From Bdellovibrionota bacterium FG-2 (GTDB lineage Bacteria > Bdellovibrionota > UBA1018), in contig JBBCAV010000139.1 of assembly GCA_051382305.1 (NCBI GenBank), positions 1 through 25,626 of the forward strand: DNA of 25,626 nt, written 5' to 3'. Both the position numbers and the translations under genes were made by a program. The notes under the pieces were generated by a model that ran no database searches, was not told where the DNA came from, and was given only the letters and a program-made list of their open reading frames with translations. The stretch's first letter is position 1. Every line of letters starts with the position of its first letter. Positions 1 through 8,598 of the stretch are shown piece after piece.

Positions 1-18
1 ACATTGGGGTGGGGGGGG

Positions 19-699
19 TCAGCGCTTTCCCAAATCCTTGTCAAAACCAACCTCGGTTGCCGTATTCGTGCAAACAAGGCCTTGGGAAAACCCACAATCC
101 TTGATGAAAATCTGGGACTGTGTCGGATCGAATTCTTTTCCATTTTTTACAGACATGATGAGTTGAACGAGGAACTTGTACTCTGAGATCACAGGGAATT
201 CCTGCGCCAGAGTCGTAAAACTATAGGATTGATTGAAGTTTACAGGCATTCCGTTAAATCCCATCGTGAGACGGGAAGAAAACGAGACGGCACCGATAGG
301 CCCATTGGATTCAAAAGTGAGCTTCAGATAGGTGGGGTATTGGCTTCCGGGAGCCGCCGGCTGGTCTTTTTCGATTTTAATTGTATAAGCTTGTTTGGTG
401 GAAGTGCCGCCTTCGGGCGTCTTAACCAGTGTTCCACCGAAGGTTCCTAAAAGTGCAGCCAGGGCATCTGCTGGAATTGATGAAATATCAGTCGCGTTGG
501 GATCCATTAGGTTCACAGGAATGAGTGCAATTGGAGAGGGGCTGGGAACCGGGTCAGTGGAGGATTGCTTAATGGAGGGCTGGTTGGGGGTGGGTACAGT
601 GGATTGGGGTCCCGCGACTGGTCCGCAGCCTAAGGCCCAGATTGCGGTCGACAGGCCTAAGGTCACTGCTCTCTTATATGGACTCTTAAATTTTTTCAT
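19..699 (-). CDS. Putative lipoprotein of unknown function
   Basis: Basic N-terminus, hydrophobic stretch and lipobox (MKKFKSPYKRAVTLGLSTAIWALG-C), then a Pro/Ser-rich linker. GGAG at 713-710 favours ATG 699 or 705 over GTG 720. Confidence 0.7.
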   Translation of the reverse strand: MKKFKSPYKRAVTLGLSTAIWALGCGPVAGPQSTVPTPNQPSIKQSSTDPVPSPSPIALIPVNLMDPNATDISSIPADALAALLGTFGGTLVKTPEGGTSTKQAYTIKIEKDQPAAPGSQYPTYLKLTFESNGPIGAVSFSSRLTMGFNGMPVNFNQSYSFTTLAQEFPVISEYKFLVQLIMSVKNGKEFDPTQSQIFIKDCGFSQGLVCTNTATEVGFDKDLGKR

Positions 700-733
700 A
701 AACATCTTACTCCACTTCACAATCCGAGACTAT

Positions 734-749
734 TGCATGGGGGGTGCCA
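734..749 (-). promoter_or_regulatory. Sigma-54 (-24/-12) promoter for the lipoprotein gene
   Basis: Minus strand reads TGGCAC-CCCCC-ATGCA. The GG-N10-GC spacing is exact, with one mismatch to TGGCAC-N5-TTGCW, in the intergenic gap just upstream of the gene. Confidence 0.65.
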
Positions 750-826
750 TATGTGACGCATAGCGTAAGTTATCGAAAATATAGCGAAACGGCGATAGGA
801 CGAGTCTCGAAGGCGTGAAAGGGTTG

Positions 827-3505
827 TCAATAAAGTGGACAGCTGCCTAGAAAATCACGAAGTAGTCCGATTTTTTTGGTCTGTTCTTTGTAATTGTCTA
901 TAACTTCGGCAGCCGTGGTTTCAGCAAGCTCTAGCGTGCGGGGAAGTCGAATTTCTGATGTAAGTTCGCTCCAAGTAGGATGTTTCGTGGTCTCAAGTTG
1001 TTGCATGAGCATATCGCTCAAGATCGCCTGCTCGGTCTGAATTTCCAAATGAGCGCCGGCTTCGGTAAATAGGAGGATTTGTTTCTGGGCACTCTTATGT
1101 TGCTGGATTTGAGTAATCGGATGGTGGTTGGGCAGATTGCCGCTCAGGGAGACCCCCGGGTGAAGCGTGAAACTGACGGACTCTCCCTTGGGAAGTATTC
1201 GCAAAAGCTCAGCCCATTGAATTCGGCCTGCCGGGCTCACGAGCCTGCGAAGTTGAAAGAGACGGGTTTCTGCTTGTTCAAGTAATCGGGAGGCGCGCAC
1301 ATAGAGCATGGCCTTCACGTTTTGGGATTCAGCCGAATCTTCTGCTTTATTGACGAATTCCAGAGTTTCTTGTGGTTTGGTGCCCAGTTCAGAGGCAATG
1401 CGCTCCCAGGGGCCGGGCAGTGGGGTTGCAAACGAAGTTTGCGCGCTTAGGGCGTTTGCGAAATTCTTAGGAATCGGAATCCATCTCACCCCTTGTTCCG
1501 AAAGCGCCCAAAGTTTTTGTTTTCGTTCGGCATGATGATCTAGCCAAAGGGTAACGTCTTTTGAACTCAAATAGGCAGATAAAGGGGCGATCCAGGTCTC
1601 GTTGGGAAACAAAATGATTAAGCCGTTTCCGCTCAAAGGCGAAGTCCCCGCACGCAGAGGGCGCACGTCTAAACTGCGCTCGCCTGTGGGAGTCAAACAG
1701 GATTGCACCCAGATTCCGCAGGAGGGGAGGGCGCCTACAGGCGCCCTCATAGGTGCGTCTGTATTGAATGCACGCACCGTCGCCAAGTTTGCCAGAGGGA
1801 TGGATCCGGTCTTGAGTTTTTCCAGGGTCTTTAAGACTTCCATTGAAGTGGGGAGTGGCCAATGCTCCAGCCATTCTCTTTGTGAGGTGGGGCTTTGGAT
1901 CTTTTGGATCTTCCAGGCAATGTGTGTATTTTGACCTTCTCCATTTGCGGTGCTGAGATTTAGGGCTTCTTTAAGAAGCGGAGCTACTTCTACGTGACTT
2001 CGAATCACTCCGCTGGCTGTAATTCTCAAGGGGCGGTGGAGTAGGCGTTTTTGGGTTTCCGGCTCACGAACAAAAAGATAAAGGTAAGAGGGAAAAAGGG
2101 GGCGCTTTACTGAAAACAAAGCTTCGACCGCTGAGAAGTCCCACTCGGCGGCCATTTTTGCTTTGTCTAGAAGAAACCCCAAAGCGCTTTTGCCATCCGT
2201 GGGTGAAAGTGGGGTTTCTCTTGCCCACCAAAACAGGCCCCCGGGGCGAACTTTGGAAAGGGCTACACATGCCTGGAGATCCCCTTGCGTGGTTCCTGCT
2301 TCTTTGAGTTTGCCAAAATAGGGAAAGTTTTCGAGTTCTTCTTTGAAATGCAGCGCGGACAGGGATTTTCCTTGAGTTCGAATTGCGCATTCTTCGACCA
2401 CAAAGGCGAAATCACAAGACTCGATATCAGCCACTTGGGAAGTGAGGGTGGGTTTGGGGGAGATCATCGCAAAATTCACTTGTTCGCGAGGATGAGCTTC
2501 CAGCCCGGAGCCCAGCGTCCAAAGCGGAGGAGTGGAGGGGCCCCACCAAAGTTGCGCAAGCTCGGTGAGTGCGAGTTGAAAAGGATTGGATTCAAAGCCA
2601 AGCCAGCTCAACGAAACAGAGCCTGTGCGCACCACCGCTCCATCTCGTAGGGTGGGTGAAAAACATAATTTGTTTTTGCGAGAAACGGGGGGGGCGGATT
2701 CTTCGCCCAACAGGGAATTTTCCCATAAGGCACTGAAAAAGCGCGGATCATATCCCGTTTGCAAGCGCTGTTTGGGCGTTCTAATCGACGCGTTTGTAAG
2801 AAGCGCAAGCAAGCTATCCGGCCCTTCATGCGCAATTCGCAGGGGGGCCAGCGTTTTCCAGATGAGCTGTTGCATTTCAGGGTCTGGATTGAACCAAGAG
2901 TAAATGTTGCGATTGGTAAGCCACCACCCTTCTCGATCCAGAGGAACGTAGGGTTTCAGTGCCGAAGAGAGGGCCCAATTCAGACGCCCTAGGTCCTGTT
3001 CGCTCCAGCTCCGGAGTCCCCGATCTGACCAGGCTTTGAGAACCAAGGATTGTCCGAGGAAAATCGTGGCCACTTCTTCGAGATATTTTTTAAGGGCGAG
3101 TTCTTGAGCCGCGGTTCGAGAAGCAGCGATCCAGCCGGTGAAGTCGCCAGTGTCTTTAATATTTTCGGGGGCGCTCTCCATGCCGGAGAGTGTGCAAAGA
3201 TAACGAAAAACAGCCACCCTTCTACCGGGGTTGAGGGCCTGCAGCTTCGAAACCTGATTGAAAAGCCTCTCTGTGATTTGAACTCGGAGGGAGAAAAAAC
3301 AGGAGGAGATTCCGCCGTTTGTTTGTGGGTCGGGGGCGCCAGCCGGGGCACAAACTGGAGCGTGTGACGTTTGGGGAGTGAACAAGGCTTTTGCCTGGCC
3401 GCTTGCGGTCGTAGCGGGAAGATCGTGAAGTAGTGAGCGCAAAAGTGCGGAGCGATTTCTCGGTTCCATTGTTGTTTCTGGTTTCCCCTCTAACCCCAAA
3501 TCCAA
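827..3505 (-). CDS. Large hypothetical protein with a degenerate N6-adenine DNA methyltransferase-like (Eco57I/TaqI-type) architecture
   Basis: 892-aa ORF. Ordered segments IYSWF, FSPTLRDG, GFESNPFQLALTEL, CDFAFVVEE, VRPGGLFWW, EWDFS and YLSSK...WIPIP echo type IIG MTase and TaqI_C motifs, but there is no NPPY or DPxxGxG. Start codon uncertain. Confidence 0.55.
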   Translation of the reverse strand: MDLGLEGKPETTMEPRNRSALLRSLLHDLPATTASGQAKALFTPQTSHAPVCAPAGAPDPQTNGGISSCFFSLRVQITERLFNQVSKLQALNPGRRVAVFRYLCTLSGMESAPENIKDTGDFTGWIAASRTAAQELALKKYLEEVATIFLGQSLVLKAWSDRGLRSWSEQDLGRLNWALSSALKPYVPLDREGWWLTNRNIYSWFNPDPEMQQLIWKTLAPLRIAHEGPDSLLALLTNASIRTPKQRLQTGYDPRFFSALWENSLLGEESAPPVSRKNKLCFSPTLRDGAVVRTGSVSLSWLGFESNPFQLALTELAQLWWGPSTPPLWTLGSGLEAHPREQVNFAMISPKPTLTSQVADIESCDFAFVVEECAIRTQGKSLSALHFKEELENFPYFGKLKEAGTTQGDLQACVALSKVRPGGLFWWARETPLSPTDGKSALGFLLDKAKMAAEWDFSAVEALFSVKRPLFPSYLYLFVREPETQKRLLHRPLRITASGVIRSHVEVAPLLKEALNLSTANGEGQNTHIAWKIQKIQSPTSQREWLEHWPLPTSMEVLKTLEKLKTGSIPLANLATVRAFNTDAPMRAPVGALPSCGIWVQSCLTPTGERSLDVRPLRAGTSPLSGNGLIILFPNETWIAPLSAYLSSKDVTLWLDHHAERKQKLWALSEQGVRWIPIPKNFANALSAQTSFATPLPGPWERIASELGTKPQETLEFVNKAEDSAESQNVKAMLYVRASRLLEQAETRLFQLRRLVSPAGRIQWAELLRILPKGESVSFTLHPGVSLSGNLPNHHPITQIQQHKSAQKQILLFTEAGAHLEIQTEQAILSDMLMQQLETTKHPTWSELTSEIRLPRTLELAETTAAEVIDNYKEQTKKIGLLRDFLGSCPLY

Positions 3506-3584
3506 AGTGAGCCAGTGATAGCAGTCTCAAAAATCATTTGGCGAGGAAAAAACCGGAAATAATTAATGACGCGGCATAAAGAAT

Positions 3585-3612
3585 TAAAGTGTAATCCGTT
3601 TTATACCGAACA
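3585..3612 (+). promoter_or_regulatory. Possible sigma-28 (FliA)-type promoter
   Basis: TAAA-N16-ACCGAACA versus consensus TAAA-N15-GCCGATAA, about 20 nt upstream of ATG 3633. Imperfect match. Confidence 0.3.
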
Positions 3613-3632
3613 AACAAATATAGAGGTGCGAG

Positions 3633-4163
3633 ATGGCAGCACAAGAAGATATTAACAAGATTATCAATGAGATCGAGGAACTTGAGGGTAAAATTGATTC
3701 GACGCATCAAGCTTCGAATCCAGAACCCCAAGGGTTTCATGACCCCGATGGGGTGCCAGATGGGGTGAATGAAGCTAGGCCTTCGAGCGAGCCAGAAAAG
3801 GCGCCAGCCGCGCTTTCTGTCGCGGCGGCCATTCAAGAACTTGAGAGTTATCAGGAAATTGAAGCACCCGAGGCCGCGCTAGAAAGCACGGGAGTGGATG
3901 ATTCTGGTCCCGATGCTGATGCCATTGCGCATCATGATCCTTCTCCGATTCATGAGATTGGGGCTGACCACAGTCCAAGTCCTTCGGATGAAGGGACTCT
4001 TTCGATGAAGCTGACGGGAAATATGACCTTGAGACTTCAATACGAGTGTTTTGGTCAGGAAATCACGGTCAGCTTCTCGGGGCAGGTGTTTCATGTACAG
4101 CTCTCTGATGGCACCGAGTTTAAGATTCCGGTTGCAAGGCGACATCTCCACAGGGTGGCTTAA
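3633..4163 (+). CDS. Hypothetical protein with an N-terminal helix, acidic Pro-rich disordered linker and small beta-rich C-terminal domain
   Basis: 176-aa ORF with RBS GAGGT before the ATG. First gene of a closely spaced plus-strand run. Confidence 0.75.
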   Translation: MAAQEDINKIINEIEELEGKIDSTHQASNPEPQGFHDPDGVPDGVNEARPSSEPEKAPAALSVAAAIQELESYQEIEAPEAALESTGVDDSGPDADAIAHHDPSPIHEIGADHSPSPSDEGTLSMKLTGNMTLRLQYECFGQEITVSFSGQVFHVQLSDGTEFKIPVARRHLHRVA

Positions 4164-4165
4164 AT

Positions 4166-4801
4166 CTGATCCGCATTACGGGTGGCGCATATAAAGGGCG
4201 TATGATCAAAGCCCCCAAAGGGGATTTGACCCGTCCAACGCAATCGCGATTACGGCAGGCGCTCTTTAATTCTCTTCAGAATGTGGTCGCTGGGGCGCGC
4301 GTTTTGGACTTGTTTTCGGGTTCTGGGGCGCTTTCATTTGAGGCGCTTTCTTGGGGAGCTGCAAGCGCAGTATTGGTCGATTCATCGCGCCAAGCCCAAA
4401 AGGTGTTGGAAGAGAATATCCAGGCTCTTCACCTCGAATCGCAGGTTAGTATTTTGGGGGGATCTGTTTTTGAGGTCCTGGGTCAGATTCTGGAGAAGGG
4501 TCCTTATGATTTGGTTTTTGCGGATCCCCCTTATGCAGGCGATTGGACGCAACGTCTTCTTTTGGCACTTCCGTGGGAAATGATTCTAGCTGAAGGTGGG
4601 ACTTTCTGTTTGGAGTGGGGTGTGCAACAATCCAAAACAAAAGCGCTCCCTGAGGAACTACCTTTCTTGTTTAAAATTCGGGAAAGAATTTACGGCGAGA
4701 GCGCTCTAACGAGTTATAGGAGAAAGAGCCCTCACACCCATGAAAGTCATCCACCAGAAGAACTTAAAGAAGAATCCGAAGAAGAATCCGAAGAAGAATA
4801 G
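4166..4801 (+). CDS. rsmD: 16S rRNA (guanine966-N2)-methyltransferase
   Basis: Motifs TRPT..RLRQALFN, VLDLFSGSGAL and DLVFADPPY. The conserved N-terminal IRITGGAYKGR lies upstream of ATG 4202, implying a start near CTG 4166. Confidence 0.92.
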   Translation: MIRITGGAYKGRMIKAPKGDLTRPTQSRLRQALFNSLQNVVAGARVLDLFSGSGALSFEALSWGAASAVLVDSSRQAQKVLEENIQALHLESQVSILGGSVFEVLGQILEKGPYDLVFADPPYAGDWTQRLLLALPWEMILAEGGTFCLEWGVQQSKTKALPEELPFLFKIRERIYGESALTSYRRKSPHTHESHPPEELKEESEEESEEE

Positions 4802-5306
4802 CCATCCCCCTTTCGACCCTCCTCAGCGCGCGATCTATCCAGGATCTTTTGATCCGATCACCAATGGTCATCTTGATATTCTTGATCGGGCCTTGGCGAT
4901 TTTCCCCGAAGTGGTAGTCGTGGTCGCAGGAACGGGGCACAAGAATCCCCTGTTTTCACCCGAAGAGCGCGTGGAATTGATACGGGAAGTGACCCGCGAT
5001 CGGCCGGGTGTTCGAGTGGATATCTGGTCGGGATTGATCATGGAGTATGCAAGGAAGCATCAAATCTCTGCTGTGATTCGCGGATTGAGAGCGGCCAGTG
5101 ATTTTGAGTACGAATTCATGATGGCAAGCATGAATAAGAATTTGAATCCCGAGGTCGAAACTCTCTTTATGATGACCTCGCAGGATCTTTATTTTGTCAG
5201 TTCTTCAATGATCAAAGAGCTGTTTCTGTATGGGGGGGATATTACTTCCTACGTTCCGCCTTTGGTGTTTAAGAGGCTTCAAGAGGCAAAAAGATGCAAA
5301 AAGTAG
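4740..5306 (+). CDS. coaD: Pantetheine-phosphate adenylyltransferase
   Basis: AIYPGSFDPITNGHLDI, IRGLRAASDFEYE, VSSSMIKE, in the usual position after rsmD. Confidence 0.96.
   Translation: MKVIHQKNLKKNPKKNPKKNSHPPFDPPQRAIYPGSFDPITNGHLDILDRALAIFPEVVVVVAGTGHKNPLFSPEERVELIREVTRDRPGVRVDIWSGLIMEYARKHQISAVIRGLRAASDFEYEFMMASMNKNLNPEVETLFMMTSQDLYFVSSSMIKELFLYGGDITSYVPPLVFKRLQEAKRCKK
4755..4802 (+). repeat. Imperfect 12-bp tandem repeat (4 units) in the rsmD/coaD overlap
   Basis: CAGAAGAACTTA AAGAAGAATCCG AAGAAGAATCCG AAGAAGAATAGC. Confidence 0.9.
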
Positions 5307-6520
5307 GGGCGCCGGCGCCTTCGCCGGCTCAATCAAGGATCTCTTCGCGTTTAGATGGAATTCACGAGAGTGCGACGCTCAGGCTTAATGCGCTCGTTCA
5401 GGCAATGAAAGCTCGCGGCGAGGATGTGATCAACTTGACCGCCGGCGAGCCTGACTTCGATGTCCCCGAGCCAGCCAAGGCGGCGGTGCTTGCTGGCGTT
5501 CGAGCAGGTCATTCAAAATATACCGCCGTGGCGGGGATTCCTGCGCTGAGGGCCGAGATTGCGCGCAAGACCACGTTGGTCCAGGGGGTGAGTTGGAATC
5601 CTTCTCATGTGATTGTCACAAATGGGGCAAAGCAAGCTCTCTACAATGCGTTTATTACGCTTCTTGAACCTGGCGATGAGGTCTTGATTCCTTCTCCTTA
5701 TTGGTTGAGCTATCCGGAGATGGTCAAACTCGCGGGGGGAATTCCGAAGTTTCTGCCCACTTTATTTGAGCAAGGGTTCAAACTCACTGCTGACAAGTTA
5801 CGCCAAGCATTGGGGCCTCGGGTGAAGGCGATCATTTTCAATTCCCCGAGCAACCCCACGGGAGCTCTGTATACCCGTGATGAGTTTCATGCCCTGGGGC
5901 AGATTCTTGAGGATTCGGGCGTTTGGATCATTAGCGATGAGATCTATGATCGCATTGTTTTTGCGCCTTCGAAATTTTGTTCTTTCTTAGCGGCAAATCC
6001 GGGACTTCAAGATCGCACGGTGACGATTAACGGAGTTTCCAAGAGTGCCGCAATGACTGGATGGCGCGTGGGGTGGTCTGTCGCGCCTCAAGATGTTACG
6101 GATGCCATGAGTATCGTGCAGGGGCAGTGCACCTCGGGCGTCAATGCTTTGGCGCAGGACGCATGCCTGGCAGCACTTGAAATCGCGGAGAGTGAATTTA
6201 TGTCGCAAGTGGAGAGATTTAAGGCAAGACGGGATCTTGTCTTGGAAATTTTGTCAAAAACCCGCAAACTAAGAGTTGTGGCCCCCCAGGGCGCGTTTTA
6301 TGTTTTTGCGAGTGTTGCGGAGTGTTTGAAGCCAGGGGAAGACGCGTCCCTGTTTGCGGAGCGGTTGTTGAGTGCTACGGGAGTGGCCGTGATGTCGGGC
6401 TCCCCTTTTGGTGAACCTGAATATATTCGACTGAGTTTTGCGACCGATGAGCAGACGCTAAAAATAGGATGTGAGCGATTGGTGAGGTTTCTAGAAACGG
6501 AGAGTGGGAGAATTGTTTAA
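5294..6520 (+). CDS. aspC: PLP-dependent class I/II aminotransferase (aspartate aminotransferase-like)
   Basis: GEPDF, NSPSNPTG, SDEIY and the PLP-lysine motif SKSAAMTGWRVG, plus YIRLSFA. Confidence 0.88.
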   Translation: MQKVGAPAPSPAQSRISSRLDGIHESATLRLNALVQAMKARGEDVINLTAGEPDFDVPEPAKAAVLAGVRAGHSKYTAVAGIPALRAEIARKTTLVQGVSWNPSHVIVTNGAKQALYNAFITLLEPGDEVLIPSPYWLSYPEMVKLAGGIPKFLPTLFEQGFKLTADKLRQALGPRVKAIIFNSPSNPTGALYTRDEFHALGQILEDSGVWIISDEIYDRIVFAPSKFCSFLAANPGLQDRTVTINGVSKSAAMTGWRVGWSVAPQDVTDAMSIVQGQCTSGVNALAQDACLAALEIAESEFMSQVERFKARRDLVLEILSKTRKLRVVAPQGAFYVFASVAECLKPGEDASLFAERLLSATGVAVMSGSPFGEPEYIRLSFATDEQTLKIGCERLVRFLETESGRIV

Positions 6521-7487
6521 GTTTCAACGCATCAGTATCGTACTTGGTTTCATTTTTGTTTTCTGTTTTGTTTCCTGTTCGGCTCCGCCCTACGATGGAG
6601 GAAACCCCAACGGTCGGGCTGCGATAATTGATTCGGCGAATATCTCGCTGTCTCGTGAGGAGTGCACGGCGGGCATTGCGATGTTAGAGGGTCTTTATGG
6701 GTCAGCCAATACGGGCAATGACGTGCGAATGCTCATGGCTTCGGCCTACGGGTGTGCAACCGGGATCAATTTTTTTGAATTTGTTGCCACCTTGGGCTCG
6801 AATGCAGGGGATCTGGCGGGGGCGGGGTTTTGGAAGCTCATGACAAAGCTTTTTCCCTCCACGACACGCGATAAAATTATGGAGGCCTCCCTCTTGGGAA
6901 CGGACGCACTTTTGTCTGCGGTGATGCCCGGCACGATTCTGATGGGGCAATCTTTGATTTTGAATGCAGGGGGAGCCAATCCGGGGTCTGCCCTTGCGAC
7001 GGATCGTATTGCTGAGAGCAATGTTTACCTGGTGCTGATGAGTATGGCGACGATCGGTTCTCTGCAAAGCCGAAACGGCGCGCCTGACCCCACGACTTTT
7101 CTTAAGACAAAAAGCTTGCCTTGGGGGACTGCGACGACGGTCGATAGTGATGGCTGCGCCTATGCCTCATCGATCGTTAATTTTGTAGATGCATTGGGAG
7201 CGACTTCTGGAACCGTAGAGGGATCGATTTCTAAGACGATCAAAACTCTTCATGATGCTTTTGCCACGGTGATTTACATGGCCTGCAGCACCGGATGCCT
7301 GGGGACTCCGGCGCTTTGGGGAGGGGTCTCTTCGGGGTGCACGGCTGCGGTGGACTGCGCTGATTGTCCTCTGGCTCTGAGAAACCGCACGTCCTGCACG
7401 GGGGAAGCAGATAATTTGCCTTCTTGCGCGGCCGCCGGGATCGTGAATTTTATCAACAATGCCCCCGTCGGGTGGCAGAGTTTATGA
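6504..7487 (+). CDS. Cys-rich putative lipoprotein
   Basis: Signal peptide with lipobox FVS-C, a TPR-like helical start and 10 Cys in the mature part. Stop overlaps the next ATG (ATGA at 7484-7487). Confidence 0.75.
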   Translation: MGELFKFQRISIVLGFIFVFCFVSCSAPPYDGGNPNGRAAIIDSANISLSREECTAGIAMLEGLYGSANTGNDVRMLMASAYGCATGINFFEFVATLGSNAGDLAGAGFWKLMTKLFPSTTRDKIMEASLLGTDALLSAVMPGTILMGQSLILNAGGANPGSALATDRIAESNVYLVLMSMATIGSLQSRNGAPDPTTFLKTKSLPWGTATTVDSDGCAYASSIVNFVDALGATSGTVEGSISKTIKTLHDAFATVIYMACSTGCLGTPALWGGVSSGCTAAVDCADCPLALRNRTSCTGEADNLPSCAAAGIVNFINNAPVGWQSL

Positions 7488-8572
7488 AAATATTTTTCGT
7501 GAGCTTTTTCGTTTTTGTGGGACTTTTGGTGACGCTGGGCTTTGAGCAGCCTAGTTTTGCGCTTTCTGAACTTCGCGAACTTTATCGGGGCCCGCGCGCG
7601 CAAGCGATGGGTAACGCTTTTGTGGCGGTGGCGGATGATGAACAGGCGATTTTTTACAATCCTGCAGGCCTTGCGGGAAACACGAAAACAAAAATCACCT
7701 ATCTTGCGGCGGATCTTGAGGCCTCTAACGATTTGATTTTTGGGGTGGGCGCCAATCTTGGGGCGTTTTCAAAACTCGGCTCCGATACGATCAATAACGT
7801 GATGGGCAAGGATATTTATGCCAGGGCAACGGTTGCTCCCAGTATTACGATTCCAGGTTTTGGTCTTGCGGTCTTAGTTGATGATCAAGCGGCGTTGTTT
7901 GCGAAGAATAAAGCACTTCCTCATATTACGCTGGGGTATCAAGCCACGAATGGAATTCAAGCGGGGTTTGGTTTTGCCTTAGGGGGAAAAAAGAGAAAAA
8001 GGCGGAGTGAGCTTCGTGTGGGCGCTGCGGGCAAAATGCTTTGGCGTCGTGGGGGCTATCATGAAATTCCCTTGATGGACATGTTCAAAATTAACGCCAA
8101 TACCTTGGGGGATATGACAGGCGGATATGAACGGGGATTTGGGGGAGACTTGGGGGCGCAGTACTTGTTTGATGTTAACCCGCATTTACTGCTGAGCTCT
8201 GGCCTGGCCTACACCGATATTTTGGACACGAAGTTTGGCGGAATCGCGGACCGACAGCCGAGTAATCTCTCTACGGGGATTGCTGCTACCTATCATTTTA
8301 AGCGAGCTTCCACGACCCTGGCCTATGATTATCGTCATATGTTGACGACCACAGATTCTCGCAAAAAGAGCCATTTAGGCTGGGAATTGTCGATTCCGCT
8401 CATAAGTGTTTATGCGGGTCTCAACCAGATGGCGTTTTGTTATGGGGCGACCCTTGATCTATTCCTTTTCAAAATCAGGGCGCTCTCTTATGCTGAGGAC
8501 ATGGCGGCGTTTGCTAATTTGGAATCGCAGCGTAGATATATGTTTCATATTGATTTTAGTTTGAGGCTTTAA
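7484..8572 (+). CDS. Outer-membrane beta-barrel, FadL/PorV/TraF-like family
   Basis: Signal peptide from ATG 7484, family N-terminal motif GPRAQAMGNAFVAVADDEQAIFYNPAGLA, alternating amphipathic strands, and C-terminal FHIDFSLRL. Confidence 0.8.
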   Translation: MKIFFVSFFVFVGLLVTLGFEQPSFALSELRELYRGPRAQAMGNAFVAVADDEQAIFYNPAGLAGNTKTKITYLAADLEASNDLIFGVGANLGAFSKLGSDTINNVMGKDIYARATVAPSITIPGFGLAVLVDDQAALFAKNKALPHITLGYQATNGIQAGFGFALGGKKRKRRSELRVGAAGKMLWRRGGYHEIPLMDMFKINANTLGDMTGGYERGFGGDLGAQYLFDVNPHLLLSSGLAYTDILDTKFGGIADRQPSNLSTGIAATYHFKRASTTLAYDYRHMLTTTDSRKKSHLGWELSIPLISVYAGLNQMAFCYGATLDLFLFKIRALSYAEDMAAFANLESQRRYMFHIDFSLRL

Positions 8573-8598
8573 CATTCACAATAAGGAGAACACCTAGC

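Noticed and set aside
1-20. G-rich stretch at the window start
   Set aside because: Too short and at the sequence edge.
3534-3836. 100-aa antisense ORF and the many other short overlapping ORFs in the track
   Set aside because: They are shadows of well-supported genes on other frames or strands, with no motifs or RBS.
4755-4802. Repeat considered as a CRISPR remnant
   Set aside because: The units are 12 bp, adjacent and without spacers, and no cas genes are present.
7340-7380. CADC as a possible haem c site in the lipoprotein
   Set aside because: It is followed by Pro, not His, so it is not CxxCH.
7424-7483. Longer start for the beta-barrel ORF
   Set aside because: The signal peptide begins at ATG 7484, which is coupled to the upstream stop.
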